A stretch of DNA of 64,000 bases from Dimorphilus gyrociliatus (taxonomy: Eukaryota > Animalia > Annelida), in contig CAJFCJ010000005.1 in assembly GCA_904063045.1 (NCBI GenBank), forward strand, positions 482,685 to 546,684. The letters are read 5' to 3'. Both the position numbers and the translations under genes were made by a program. Positions 37,301 through 50,059 of this stretch are shown in pieces; positions within the stretch are counted from its first letter, which is position 1; every line of letters begins with the position of its first letter. The notes beneath the pieces are model-generated. The model did no database searches. It was not told where the DNA came from and was given only the letters and a program-made list of their open reading frames with translations.

Positions 37301-40300
37301 GACTGACTGACTGACTGTTTGTTTATAGATTAGATAAAAATTGGAAATATACTGATTCTTGTAAGAGAATTAATAAGAAAATTCAGCACAAACTACAAGG
37401 AAATGTAGTTCAGGTAGTTAATTGATAAATAAGAATAGAATGTAAGAGTAATATTTAATATTTACAAGATTAAACTGGTTGCAATGAACTCTAAGTTAAA
37501 GGAAGGAAGATTATCAATAAAAAGCATATTAATTCATAACGAAATATGCAATTTCAATACAAATTTAACAAAGAGTTAAGCCATATACATTTAATAGATT
37601 ACATAATATTTTAATAATTATATAATAATTCATATTTTTAGGTGTTATTTGTGATTTTACCTGTGATTTTTGTAATTTAAATCAAAAGCATCTACTCCAA
37701 TTTGAAAATACTTTTAAAAATTCATGGCAAATTCAATTACCGTATCATTTCCTCATATTTTCGTCATACGCATCTATTAAAACTTTCAAAAATACTTATC
37801 AATTCAAATATTACAGTTGTATCTTTTTTATATAGTTTAAACTGGTTTTTTATGGTTCAATTCCTTGGTTTTTTCTTTCTTTTTAGCAAATCCATTTTTA
37901 AAATTTGATTTAAGAGGTAGTTCTGGAATTTATATTCTCACTTTACCAGTATTAATCGGTAGGAAGGAAAAATTTATTACATTCGATTTATGGACTAAAA
38001 GCTCTGCAAACATCTTCTTTAATGTAAGTAATTAACTAAATCTAATAAAATGAATAAGTTTTATTTAATTAAACAATCATAAAAGATTCTCCTATCGACG
38101 AAAAATGTTACTAAAACTATTGGTACTATCAATACTAATACAAAAGTATGGACAAGTATAACTATACCATTTAAAACTGAAGAGAATTTTCAGGTAATTA
38201 ATCTGTCATCTAGATTTAAGACTATTAAGGTAATTTACTGTTTAAACCTTTTACAGATTATCTTTAAGCTTATCGTGTACGAATCTTCTACATCGAATTC
38301 ATTCAAGGATTTCTTAGCGATAGATAATTTGAGTATTCTTGATACTCGGAATAACAGTAACAAATTAATGGAAACGCAAGGTAAAGAAGCTTTTTGTTCT
38401 TATCTACGGTATATTTAGTGTTAATATTCTTTTAGACGACAGTCTTAATTGTAATTTTAAATCTAATTTTTGCGGTTTTACACCAATTACAACTCTATGG
38501 AATATATTCGAATGGCAATTTAAAGGTGTTCTTTCTTAGAGAATATCATAATAATTTACTTTCTAATTGATAATAATAGAATTACCAAGATATCTTTGTT
38601 TAAACTACTTCAAACAACCAATTGAAACAATTGAAAAAGTTGACATTGGTGCTGTCCTACATTCACCTATATATAGATATTCAAAACCATCAAGGTTATT
38701 ATTGTTTGGAGAACAAATTCAGAATATAAAGATATTTATTTATGAAAAACGTCTGAACAAAGAATATTTCGAGTTGTTTGATTCTTTTTCCAAGTTGAAT
38801 AGTAAAGTTATATAATTTCTTTTGTTCAATTATTTAGACTAGAACATTTCATTCAATTACCTAATACTTGTGGCAAACGAACCTTTTGCGTTAATCTACC
38901 TACGACGTCTGAACAACTGAAATTTCATGCTCGATCTTTGGGGTTACCGTCATCTTTTAATCTTTTGAGGACAGTTGTTGAAGAAGGTTCCTGCAAAGGT
39001 ATAAAGGGTTATAATATTTAATATCCTATATAAACAGTATATAAGCAAATGATAATTTCTCTTCTCTAAAAAGAATTTCATCAGCTAAAGCCCAAAGATT
39101 ATTTAAAGTGTGATTTTAACGAAGATTTATGTCACTATGAAATTTATAATCTTAATGATAATTTTAAATGGCAAATTAGAAAATTTCCTCAAAATAATTT
39201 AAAATGTAAACATTTATTATCAATTTCAATATTGAATACTGTTCAAACAAAAGGAAATTTTACTTGAAAATAGGCGAAAAACGATTAGAAACCATACTTT
39301 CAGGAGAAACTAACGAAAAAGTTAGCATCTTAGTTTCACCGTGGATAAGAGGACCAATATCCGGTTGTATAAATTTTAATATTGATATTCTTGGAAATTG
39401 CGTTCTGTCGGTTTGTTGTCCATAATTAATATTTCATAATGATATATTTGTATATTTTTTACAATTGTATTTAGATATATTTGAGCTATAGAGATAACTC
39501 TACGAAAGCAATTGGATTTCTTACTGAAAATGTACATGATAAAGTTAAACAACAAAAACTTGGAATTGACGAAGAAACCGACTTTAAAGTAGACATTTTT
39601 AAACAATACTTTTCATTGTTAACTTTCTCTATATTCTCTATTTTATAATTAAATAGGTACATTTTAAAGGTATTTGCTACGGTAGATGGTTTAGTTTTAT
39701 AGGATTAGACAATATTGAAATGACTGATGAACAATGTCCAAAATTCATAAAAGATGAACAAGGTTATTATTCATAATTTTCTCTTTTATAATTCAATTAC
39801 TTATATTATAAAATATGTTCAAAGAATTTCATTCAACCAACTGCAATTTTCAAAATGGTACTTGCGGATACGAAATTGATAATAATCTCCAAAGTAGCTT
39901 TGAATGGCAATGGATAAATTACAATTTTGGTTAGAAAAGTTAATTATTCTAGATAAATTAACAAACTATTTCATTCGTTTATTTCTAATATCTGTAGATA
40001 ATGAAAATAATTGTTTAAGATTATTGGAAGATAGTCGAATAGAAGATAAAATTGCGATATTAAAATCGCCTATTTTAAATGAATCTATGGAAAAATGTTT
40101 GTTTCTTGAATTCGATTCAATCGATTCGAATAGTTTTAATATGACACTCTATCTGAAATCGAATGGAATAAACGAATCTAGGTTAAATATAGTTGAAAAG
40201 TTACAATTCAATTAAAAATATCTCTTTTTCTAGCAATGTTCAAGAGTTGAATACTTGTTTATACAATACTTATATAACTTTACCATCAAATACAACGCAG

Positions 40301-43009
40301 GTACTTTTATTTTAACGTTTCATTCTTTCATAGAAAGAAAGGTAAATATTTTCTCTATTAGTTTATACTTGAGAGTAAATCATCTACGTCAGAAATTGGT
40401 AAACAACTCATTCTTCGTAGTATAAAAGTCAATTATTCATCTTGCAAAAAAGATAATATAACAAAGATTTTATGTTCGTTTCGTAATGATTTTTGTGATT
40501 TTAACGTTAAATTTATTGGCGGTAAAGTGGCTACTTGGGAATGGGTTGATTCCTACGAAAATAAATTCTTGAGTTTATTCTCGAAACCGTGTAAGAAACG
40601 TTAAAGAATATTAATAAATTGATTTTAATATATAGATAGAATATACTATTCAGGCGATAGATTCTCACTTATTCATATGGAGAAGAATAGTCTACTCGAA
40701 AATGCCATGTCTATTTTAGTAACTACCGAAATATTTTTAAAGGAAGCTTCCTGTTCAGAAATTACATTTAAATCTTTAAATGATAACATCTTATTAAATG
40801 TAAGATATTAAAATGTTAACGGAGAGATAATTAATTCTTTTAATTACATCAAAATGAAAGATACATTTAGATATTGAAAATGGAAAACAGTACATTTGGA
40901 AAAATTACGAATTGTTTAAATACGAACATGGATGGGATTCTGGAATTATTTATAATCTACCAATAAATAGAACGTTTAAAGTTGATATTTTAATACTTTA
41001 TAAGTGTTTTGCCATATATATATATATATATATATATAGATATTGTTTCTTTAAGATTATATTTAAAGCTATATGGAAAGATAGCTATAAGAATACCCTC
41101 GCTCTAAATGAACTATATTTACATACTTCTAAAGGTTGTCATTCGGAAATGTTTGAAAGTGAAAGTATAGGTAAAAGACATAAAAACTATGACAAACTAA
41201 GTAACAAAGTTTCTCATCTTTCAACTTAGAATGTAATTTTGATGAAGGAATGTGCGGTTATATTATTGAAAATCCTATTTATCAACAATTGGAATGGTTT
41301 AGATATTTTGAGAATAATTTCTTTCATTGTAATTAGAAAATATATAGAAAAGATAAAGGTATAAAATATTTCAATTTTCCTAGCAAACGCTATGCGTCTT
41401 TTTGGAATATTTACGAAAGTGAATGATGCATCGAGAATCATTTCACCAAAAGTCAATGTTAAACTCTCTTCTTCAACTTGTATCTATTTTAAAATGGGTC
41501 CAGTTTTCTTCGATTTATCATCAATAATGAGTTTTAAAACGTTTATATTATATGATAAACATAATCACTTTAGGTAAAGGATTAACTAGAATAGAATAAA
41601 ATGATAATAATCTACTATTTACTTTTCTCAGAGATATTCAAAGTCGAAAGCTATTTTCTTGTAAAAGTAGAAACTTTGACGAATATTTTATTTATCCAGA
41701 ATATAACTTTAATCAGGTCTCTTTTAATTATTAATTAATTAGTTAATTAATTCTTTAAAACTCGTCTATCCGATAAAAGATTATGTTTGAGGTGCAATTG
41801 TTGACAAAAGATTGGAATTTTCTTGTTATTGATGATATTCGTTTTGGTTCCTGCGAAAGAAACGATAAAGGTTTATAATAATAACATCAGAAATCTAATA
41901 GAATGCATACTTTTTCATTAAAATAGATTTCTTTCCGGAAGATAAATCTTTGATGAATCATTTCAATTTCGATAGAATTTGTAAGAAAACTGGAAATATT
42001 GATAAATTCTTCACTTTAGATAACAGAAATATATTTGAAAATATTCCTTGGCAGGTTCGTTCAATTTCATTTCTATTTTTAGATTCAAATTGATAAAATA
42101 TCTAAAAACTAAACAGGTTGTCGTCGGATACGAATCGTACGAGAGTTTTTTTCATTGTAATGGAGTTCTCATTCACGAAAGATACGTTTTAACTACTGCA
42201 AAATGCGTACTTGGGTAACAATTATCTTAGAATATGAAAAAATGATATTTAAATAGCGTATTGTTCAATTCAGATTAGATTCAATTTTTATCGTATTGAA
42301 CATTGAAGATGATGGAAAATTTTTTAGAAGAAAAGTTAAAACGTCCATTTCTTTTATCCATCCTGATTTCTATTTGGATACAATTGCGAAAAATGATATA
42401 GCGATCCTTCGTTTAGATACAATTGTCAATTTTACACATTCAATATGGCCAATTTGCTTACCAAAAGCCAATTTTCAACCGAATAGTAACAATTTATGCT
42501 ATACATTTTACTCAAACATTGGTATTTAATAATTTGAATAAATGAATTTATAGCTAAAACAAAATGTTGCAGATGAATCAACTATTTCAATTGAAAGAGT
42601 TCAAGGGAAATTGAATAATAATGAACAATGCCAAGACATTCTACAATTAAATAAAACAATAGCGTTTGGGACATATGCTTGTTTATCATTTTCGAATATA
42701 AGTTTGTCGGTTAGTAATTAGTAATAATAGATAATAGATAAATTTATTAATTAACTTTATTAATAAAATTCTAGACAAAAGTATTGGGATCGTCGACATT
42801 TTGTAAATCTTTAAATGGGAATTATGAATTTATTGGATTCGAGAACAACCGCCTAAATACTATTAGTTTACAAACAGACGTATTAACAATACAATGAAAG
42901 ACATATATTTTAATTATAATAAATGGTTTTATCGTATTCTTTTCAGATTAAAAATTCTATAAATTGGATAAAAGAAATACTTGGAAATGACCTTCAATGT
43001 TTCAATTAA
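31382..43009 (+). CDS. Large type II membrane protein: N-terminal TM, many MAM domains, a CUB-like segment and a C-terminal inactive trypsin-like domain (many exons; may be more than one gene)
   Basis: TM GVISLLIFFCILFLILTISGFYL in the exon starting 31746. MAM-type CxFxxxxC..W starts near 32157, 36907, 37643, 38437, 39106, 39833, 40463 and 41228. CKWSIHP...RFCG at 36310-36560. Trypsin motifs PWQ, CNGVLIHERYVLTTAKC, NDIAILRL, WPICLP, NWIKEIL* (stop 43009). The start at 31382 is tentative. Confidence 0.7.
37290..37317. repeat. (ACTG)7 intronic microsatellite
   Basis: Directly visible tandem repeat. Confidence 0.9.
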
Positions 43010-43227
43010 AGGTAGATGACGAGTGATGAACATAGAGAAAGAAACAACTAAGTAATGTTGAATGATTTCTTAATGAAGAATACATATTGTACACTTATGA
43101 ACTATAGTTTATAGATATTTTATAAATGATACTTACTATATGGTAGAAGTGTTGAAGTAGATGTTGCCTCTAGGGTAGATGGTACCGAACTGCCAGAATC
43201 AACCCCTTTTATAGGCAAAGGATAAGA

Positions 43228-43730
43228 TGTTACACAACAAACATGTTGACAACAACAACAAGTGTTTATTTACATAAATATGATGTAAGGATTGACCCTT
43301 GACGGGTAACCTACACAAAGTTGTTGTTGTTTACATCACTATTGCATAATATGATAACCCTTGACCCTGTTTGTTGTGAACAATCCTTATCTGGGGTTAG
43401 ACCCTTGTTGTTGACAGCCAAGGCATAAACAACTGATAAGGAATTGTATAAAAGCAGGGTGTAGGCAGTAACAGGCATTCAGTCCTGAATCAACTCCCTT
43501 AGTGAACAGGTCTAGTATTACTTTAGAATACAGTTATATTATTCTTACGGTTTGGTTCTATATTCATCCTTCATCAATTCTACATCTCTCTTCTAAGTGG
43601 CTTACTCCTGGTTCGGTTCTATTTGGACCAGTACTTACCTACAACCTCAGCAGGAAAGTACACATATATTTCGTTTTATTTGAAAGAAACACGTCTATTT
43701 ATTATTAATCATTTTGGGTGCTATGTAACA
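43228..43730 (+). mobile_element. LTR-like element (503 bp), solo or 3' LTR of a truncated LTR retrotransposon
   Basis: Inverted termini TGTTACA...TGTAACA. Internal TATAAAAG (43447) and TCAGT initiator-like motif (43479). Purine-rich tract directly upstream (43211-43227). No clean target-site duplication. Confidence 0.65.
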
Positions 43731-44435
43731 ACAATAAACTAGTATATTTACTTTTCTTTCGAAAAGGCGTGTCTCTTATTGTTTAAAGAGAATAAATTAA
43801 GTATATTATTCAAAGAATCATAGTTTAAGGATAGTCAAATATACATACATGACTAAAAACACGGCTATTGACCTCAAATTCCACTCTTGATATTTCCTTT
43901 ATCTACTGCAAAAACTGTAACAGAAACAAGACTATTGCTGTTGCTATTGTCTCCTTTATGATTATGATAGGTGGAGTAAATACTTTTGATCAAGTCCTTT
44001 AACAGGGTTAGTGACCATCTCGAATTAGTCTGAAAACTGGAAAAAGCATTTCGCATGTAGTACCGGGCTCATTATTTCTTGGAAATGCGACTAACTGCCA
44101 ATAGACTTTACTCTGCAAACATTCACTTTTTTGTGGCATTTGTTAAATAATTTTCAATTATTTCTATAGGTTATATAATGATGAACCATTATTTTGAATT
44201 TTAATCAACTTATCTATGCCGATAAGAGAGATCGTTACTATTTGATAGACTGACTAAGTTTCTTAGAATTTTGGGTCAATGACCGGAGAATGAACAAGTT
44301 TATCTAATAGATGGCGCTAAAATCATAAAGAATACTACTAAAATGGCTAGCGTATATATTAGAGTCCGACAAACAGGACACGATATTCCTGCCAAGACCA
44401 CTCTCACTGTAGTAACGGAAAGAAGCAAATAGAAT

Positions 44436-45240
44436 ATGAAATATCAAAGGTTACATTTGGTTTTAGCCGGTAATTTCAATTTTCTTATTGCATAATATAA
44501 GAGTTTGTTAAACTATTTAAAAACTGTCTTTTTAAGGTTCTCTAATCTATTTCTTGGGCTATGGAGTCGAATGTACAATTGACATAAATAAATGTAGTTC
44601 AGAAATACAAAATTGTCAACTTCCCCTTCATCACGGAATAAGAAATTCAATGAGAGAAACTTTCAGCGTTAACAAACAATGTATTCTACATAAAGATTTT
44701 ACCGATTGTCTACAAAAAGTAAAACATTGCCCAAGTGAGATTGTTCGACAAAATAAAGAATTACCAACACAAATCTGTTCGAAAGGTAGGATAGAAAATT
44801 TCTAATTTTCCTAAAACAAAAGGAGTATTTTCTAAGCCAGAATAATATTTTTACAGATTGTAAATGCCAGTTAGAAAGATGTAATGGAATAAAAGCGAAT
44901 GAGAAATGTAAATTATGGAATTGTCAAAAGAACGCTTTAAAACAATGCAACTATTTTAATATAAATATTGAACAGCTATACGGTCCTCTAGATATTACTT
45001 GTAATTATGAATTTCTATCTATTTTTCCATTTTCTTTTATATATATATTATAAAAATATATAAAACATTCCTTAATACATCTTTTCTGCAGGTTCCGGAG
45101 ATAATGGCTACAATACCAAACACGAATGTAGCTCTAACAAGTCCAATTCGCTTTATAATTCATCGAAAGAGGGTTATTGCATGGTAATATTATCGGCTAT
45201 CTATTTGATCTATTCAAATTTCTTAAATGTCCTATTTTGA
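44436..45240 (+). CDS. Cys-rich secreted protein with probable GPI-anchor signal, 4 exons
   Basis: MKYQRLHLVLA|GSLIYFLGYGVEC signal peptide. Module Cx6C...Cx6C...C...C. Hydrophobic end CMVILSAIYLIYSNFLNVLF* at 45240. Phase-1 introns. Confidence 0.7.
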
Positions 45241-45991
45241 GAAGAAGAATCAAGATGCTATAAAGTAGTTTTGTTTGTATGCTTATCGTAGTTTTTAATA
45301 TGTATACATTAAATATGAAATGATGTAAAACGTTATCTATTTAGTAATACCATAATTAGACTTAATAATAAACCTTTATACTTTTATCCCTCTTATGTTT
45401 TTTGAATAAACACGATTCATTAATTAATTTCTTGCTTTCGGTGATAAATCTACAAAATTATTGAACACTTCTTTCATTCAAGTAAGTACAAAGGCAGTTT
45501 TGCCCAATTTTTGGATAATAAATGAAATTATAAGAAAAAATACAACATCTAGGCTCATTTTTACCCAAACTTATAAAACAAAAACACAAAAATAAGACAA
45601 TGTTGCCTTTTGTATCTTTCCTGGTGAATGAACTTGGTATAACTGTAGTCTCTTGAAAAGTCTGGCAAGCAGACAAAACAATTCATATATATTTTATATA
45701 GTAAATGTTGATATACAATTATACTATTCTTATATTATGATTAATAAGTTGAACCAATACTTATAAAGTGCTGAAATATAGGAAAATCTCTCACTATATA
45801 ACTCTATAGGAAGTATAATGTATTCATCCCTCAAGCGGAGGATTTTTTTCTCACTCAGTGTTTTCCAGGAATTTTGAAAGCGGTTTTTCATGATATAGAG
45901 TATATATATACAGGCCAGAATCCTCTTGGTCACCACTAAATACCGTAGCAGATAGCAGTTTTGCGATTTTTCTCTACAAAGATACAAAATA

Positions 45992-47004
45992 ATGAAATTT
46001 GAATTGATTTACTGTTTTATTCTTATATCAAGTAAGATATTTTGAATTGTTTGCTAATTAAAAATATGTTTAATATATATAGTTCTTATCGATTATAGCT
46101 ATTACGCTTGTAATTGAGGCGATAGATCGGAGAAAATGTTCAGAATTAACTGAGAATTGTTCGAAAAATGTTAAAACCTATTCTACAAATCCTAAAACTG
46201 GAAATTATGAAATTAAAAGCGAATGTAGAATTTATAGAGAAATTTTGACTTGTGTAGAAGGGTTAGTTCCTCATATATGTTCGAGGGCAGCCATTACAGG
46301 AACCAGAGAATATGTTAGGAGACTCTGTTTACAAGGTAAAGATGTATACGGTAAATAGATATATATCGTATGTGTGTGTATAGTACCGGGCAGCTATTCT
46401 TAGCCCCGTACCTTTCTTTCTACTAAAACTGAGGGATTTCTCCAAGAGAGATATATTTATAATCCCATAGTAGACGTTATTTCTTAATCTATTTAAACCA
46501 CGTCATACCAGTGACTTGTTTCAAGTAAAAACCTAAATAGGTCAACTATATGCAATCATCCAAGATGGAAGTTGATAGCGTAAATCAGTTTACATACATT
46601 CTATTTGTAACAGAAACTCATAGGAAGGACAGGGTCGTAGTAAATTTGGAAAGATGTAACGTTCCCCTAAAGAAATGTCAAGATATAATGTTAGAAAAAC
46701 AATCTTCCAGTAGAAAATCTCGTTGTGAACAGTTTAAAAAATTTACAAGATGCTTCAACAACCTCGAAGACAAATGTAAGAAGCATAATAAATTAATTGA
46801 AAATTATGGAAAAGATGTCTGCAAAACAGGTTTTACAATTAAATTCTCCATAAGGCAAAAATATTAATAATTCTCTCTTTTTTATAATTTTTAGCATCTG
46901 AATACGAAATTAATTCAAATAGTGGAAACTTTAATACTTTTTCTTATAGTTTAATAATTAATAATGTAATATTTATTGTTATTGTCTCGTTTAAACTCTT
47001 CTAA
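45992..47004 (+). CDS. Cys-rich secreted protein with probable GPI-anchor signal, two 6-Cys modules, 4 exons
   Basis: MKFELIYCFILIS|TITLVIEA signal peptide. Two exons each encode a Cx6C...Cx6C...C...C module. Terminal exon ...FSYSLIINNVIFIVIVSFKLF* at 47004. Confidence 0.7.
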
Positions 47005-47639
47005 TTATTAATGTCGTTTTATGAATAATATTTCTGTACTTGCCAAATGAAAATGCTCTCTGAAAACTTTTCAAATAAATCTTTTATAGTTTTATGTAGG
47101 CGGTTTCTTACGAATTTTTAATCTAAACCTAACTTAATATAACAATTATGGGATCGCTATATGCTGTTATAAATATAGTGTGTATTTGCCTAATATTCTA
47201 CGCAAATGGGATTTAACTGGGACAGTTATTTCCAAGAAAACTGGTTCACTGACTTTCATTTTCTAAACCAAAAGTAGAGTGTTTTTTCATCTAAATAAAT
47301 TGAATATATCAGCAAATTTATAACTGGAAAAAAAGTTGATGAATATTCCCGGTCAATGACCGCCTTACTGTCTTATGCCGAATTGATGATTGATCCTTTT
47401 CGTACGAAATGTTTACGATGTTTAACTTGGGTTTTTTGATATTTTATTACCGGTTACCATAAAGATTTATACCATCAAATATGTCCTATAGCTAACAAGT
47501 TAATACCTTATCACGCAACTTTCTTCCGAGTCTCTGCCCTATCCGTTTTTGTCTGTTTTTTTCGTATGAATCTCTATTTAGCTATAAAATTTTGGCCCCT
47601 ATAAAATACAGTGTAGTTACCAGGCTATATTTTCAACCA

Positions 47640-47712
47640 GCCGAAATAGCTCAGTTGGGAGAGCGTTAGACTGAAGATCTAAAGGTCCCTGGTTCGATCC
47701 CGGGTTTCGGCA
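47640..47712 (+). tRNA. trnF-GAA: tRNA-Phe (GAA), A5:U68 form
   Basis: GCCGAAATAGCTCAG...GACTGAAGATC...CCCGGGTTTCGGCA; T-run downstream. Confidence 0.97.
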
Positions 47713-48062
47713 AAGGTTCATATTTTTTTTATTTCTTCTTCTTTTGGTCTTCATTATTTTTAAACATACCCGTTTAGTCTATGTAAATAATTATTATACA
47801 ACATCTTAGAGCTAATTTAACAATGTAGATTGTGTAGAAATTTTACTATACAGGTGGCATTACTGTACTTAATATCATATTATGCAAGTAAAGTCGCTTT
47901 GAAAACGGTACAATCTTTAAAAGAGTCTATTGTCTTAACTTTTAACTCTGACGTAATAATATTAATGTCACTTATCAACTACATCTATCTCTTTCTAACA
48001 GAAACTATATAAAGTATAGAAATGTTACGTAATTTCTAGAATTTTACATCATCATTTGTATA

Positions 48063-48134
48063 TCCGTGATAGTATAGTGGTGAGTATCCCTGACTGTCAC
48101 TCAGGAGACCGGGGTTCGATTCCCCGTCACGGAG
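48063..48134 (+). tRNA. trnD-GTC: tRNA-Asp (GTC)
   Basis: TCCGTGA acceptor pairs with TCACGGA. Anticodon arm CCTGA CT GTC AC TCAGG. GGTTCGATTCC T loop. Confidence 0.96.
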
Positions 48135-48306
48135 GTTAATTTTTTTTTCTTTTATATAGATTATATACCCAAATATTTTGGCTTGATATGAAAGACGTTA
48201 ACTTGATTGAACTCTATATACTGTATTTCTTTTAATCCAAAGAGGTTATCTTATTTTTAATAAATAATATAATTGATTGTTGTATACAAGAGTTGAATTT
48301 AATATG

Positions 48307-48378
48307 TCCGTGATAGTATAGTGGTGAGTATCCCTGACTGTCACTCAGGAGACCGGGGTTCGATTCCCCGTCACGGAG
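48307..48378 (+). tRNA. trnD-GTC: tRNA-Asp (GTC)
   Basis: Identical copy 244 bp downstream; T-run terminator. Confidence 0.96.
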
Positions 48379-48741
48379 ATTCTTTTTTTTTCTTTTTATA
48401 TTTTCTTATTATATTCATCTCTTCCGTTTATGCAATGCTGCATTAATATTGCCATTAAAACAGGCCAAGTAGTAAATAAGTTTGTAAATACATGTATATA
48501 TGGAAAGTTTTAATTAAAAGAAATATATTTAAAGGTACAGCTGGTCTTTCCTTCTTCTTTTCAGTTGTTTCTTCTGTGAAAATACGTTTCGTTGATCAAA
48601 CAAAAATTTTTCCATGTCATTTATTTCTCTTTTATTAAAAAGGAACTACTCATTATGCTTCTCATCAGTTTTTGCCTCATTTTCAATCATTTAGGACACT
48701 AGTCGTTCTTCTATTTTGGAGAAATTTGATCTTGAACAACA

Positions 48742-49794
48742 ATGATAAATTTGAATAATACAACGACTGTACAAGAGGGTGAAGAGAATATATTTGTTTG
48801 GCTTAATCCACGAATATTTCCCTATGTATGTTTCCCTATAGCACTACTTTTTGGGATATTATTCAATACAATCTCCCTAGTTACAATAATTAAAAGAGAC
48901 TTGTGGAAAACAACAACATTTCGTTTTATTGCTATGGTTACATTTTCGGATTTAATGGTTACGTTTACGTTAATTCTTAGAGCTGGCTATTTCTTTTTTA
49001 TTGATAGCATATCTGAAGAAGTCTTTACATGGATTTTTTGTAAACTTTGGTGGTTTCTCATAACAACGTTTAGTCAAATTTCTTCTCTATGTCTTATTGC
49101 TATTACAGTAGAACGTTATATTTGTATTGCCTATCCGGCAAAGACTAAAATTTTCTCAACTTTACAGTTATGCAATAGGATAATTTCGTGTATTACGTTC
49201 TACGCTATTGCTATTGATTTCTTTATTTTCTTTATTCAAGATAGAGCTATAAGATTATCAAATATTCGATTAGAATGCTTACCAAAGAGTAAAAAGTCTC
49301 AGTATTTCTTTTATGGAATATTTGCTCCATTTCATAATGTTATTTACGTTATACTTCCATTTATTTCAATGTCCGTAATGAACTGTCTAACAACTCTTCA
49401 ATTAAGGAAATATACTAGAAATCAGACATTGAATAGTATAAATGGATGTGTAGGTAAGTTGAGATTAGGAGCTAAAAGATTAACAATACTATCAATAGTT
49501 TTATCATCAAGTTTTATTGTATTTACATTACCATTGGAAATTTATAATGTCTATTATAGATTTTTTAGTAAAGATTTTCAAACGTCATTATTAAAAAAGT
49601 TTATATTCGAAATTCTAGTTTTACTTAATTCATTAAATCACGTTCTTAATTTTCTTCTTTATTGTTTCTTCGGAAGAATATTTAGAACGGAAATGATACG
49701 TCTGTTTGAAGATTGTTGTTGTTATTCTTGTTGTAAGGAACGCGTTATTCAACGTAAAAAGATGTTGTATATCGTTACTATCGATAGTTATTAA
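48742..49794 (+). CDS. Intronless rhodopsin-family (class A) GPCR, peptide-receptor-like, 350 aa
   Basis: Seven hydrophobic segments; FSDL in TM2, TVERYICIAYP (ERY), FIVFTLPLEI in TM6, NHVLNFLLYCFFGRIFR in TM7. Confidence 0.93.
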   Translation: MINLNNTTTVQEGEENIFVWLNPRIFPYVCFPIALLFGILFNTISLVTIIKRDLWKTTTFRFIAMVTFSDLMVTFTLILRAGYFFFIDSISEEVFTWIFCKLWWFLITTFSQISSLCLIAITVERYICIAYPAKTKIFSTLQLCNRIISCITFYAIAIDFFIFFIQDRAIRLSNIRLECLPKSKKSQYFFYGIFAPFHNVIYVILPFISMSVMNCLTTLQLRKYTRNQTLNSINGCVGKLRLGAKRLTILSIVLSSSFIVFTLPLEIYNVYYRFFSKDFQTSLLKKFIFEILVLLNSLNHVLNFLLYCFFGRIFRTEMIRLFEDCCCYSCCKERVIQRKKMLYIVTIDSY

Positions 49795-50059
49795 TGAATT
49801 GAGAAATTCGTATATACTGTATATAGTCTGTTTGAATTTATTATACGGTATACTATATATGTAATATTTACTCGAACATTTCTTCATTATGAATCTATTT
49901 ATTAACGAAACTACTTAATTATGTTATTGAAACGTGACTATTAGGATAGTTGTTAACAAAACATTCTAAATTGAATGAATACTTCCGAGAACACTACAAT
50001 GCAGAACTTCTTTTATCTATATCATATGAATACCCGTTTTCTCCATTTCAGTATTTAAT

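Noticed and set aside
44057-46391. Shared TAGTACCGGGC at 44058 and 46381 as possible MITE ends
   Set aside because: No matching inverted terminus or target-site duplication was found, and the similarity does not extend.
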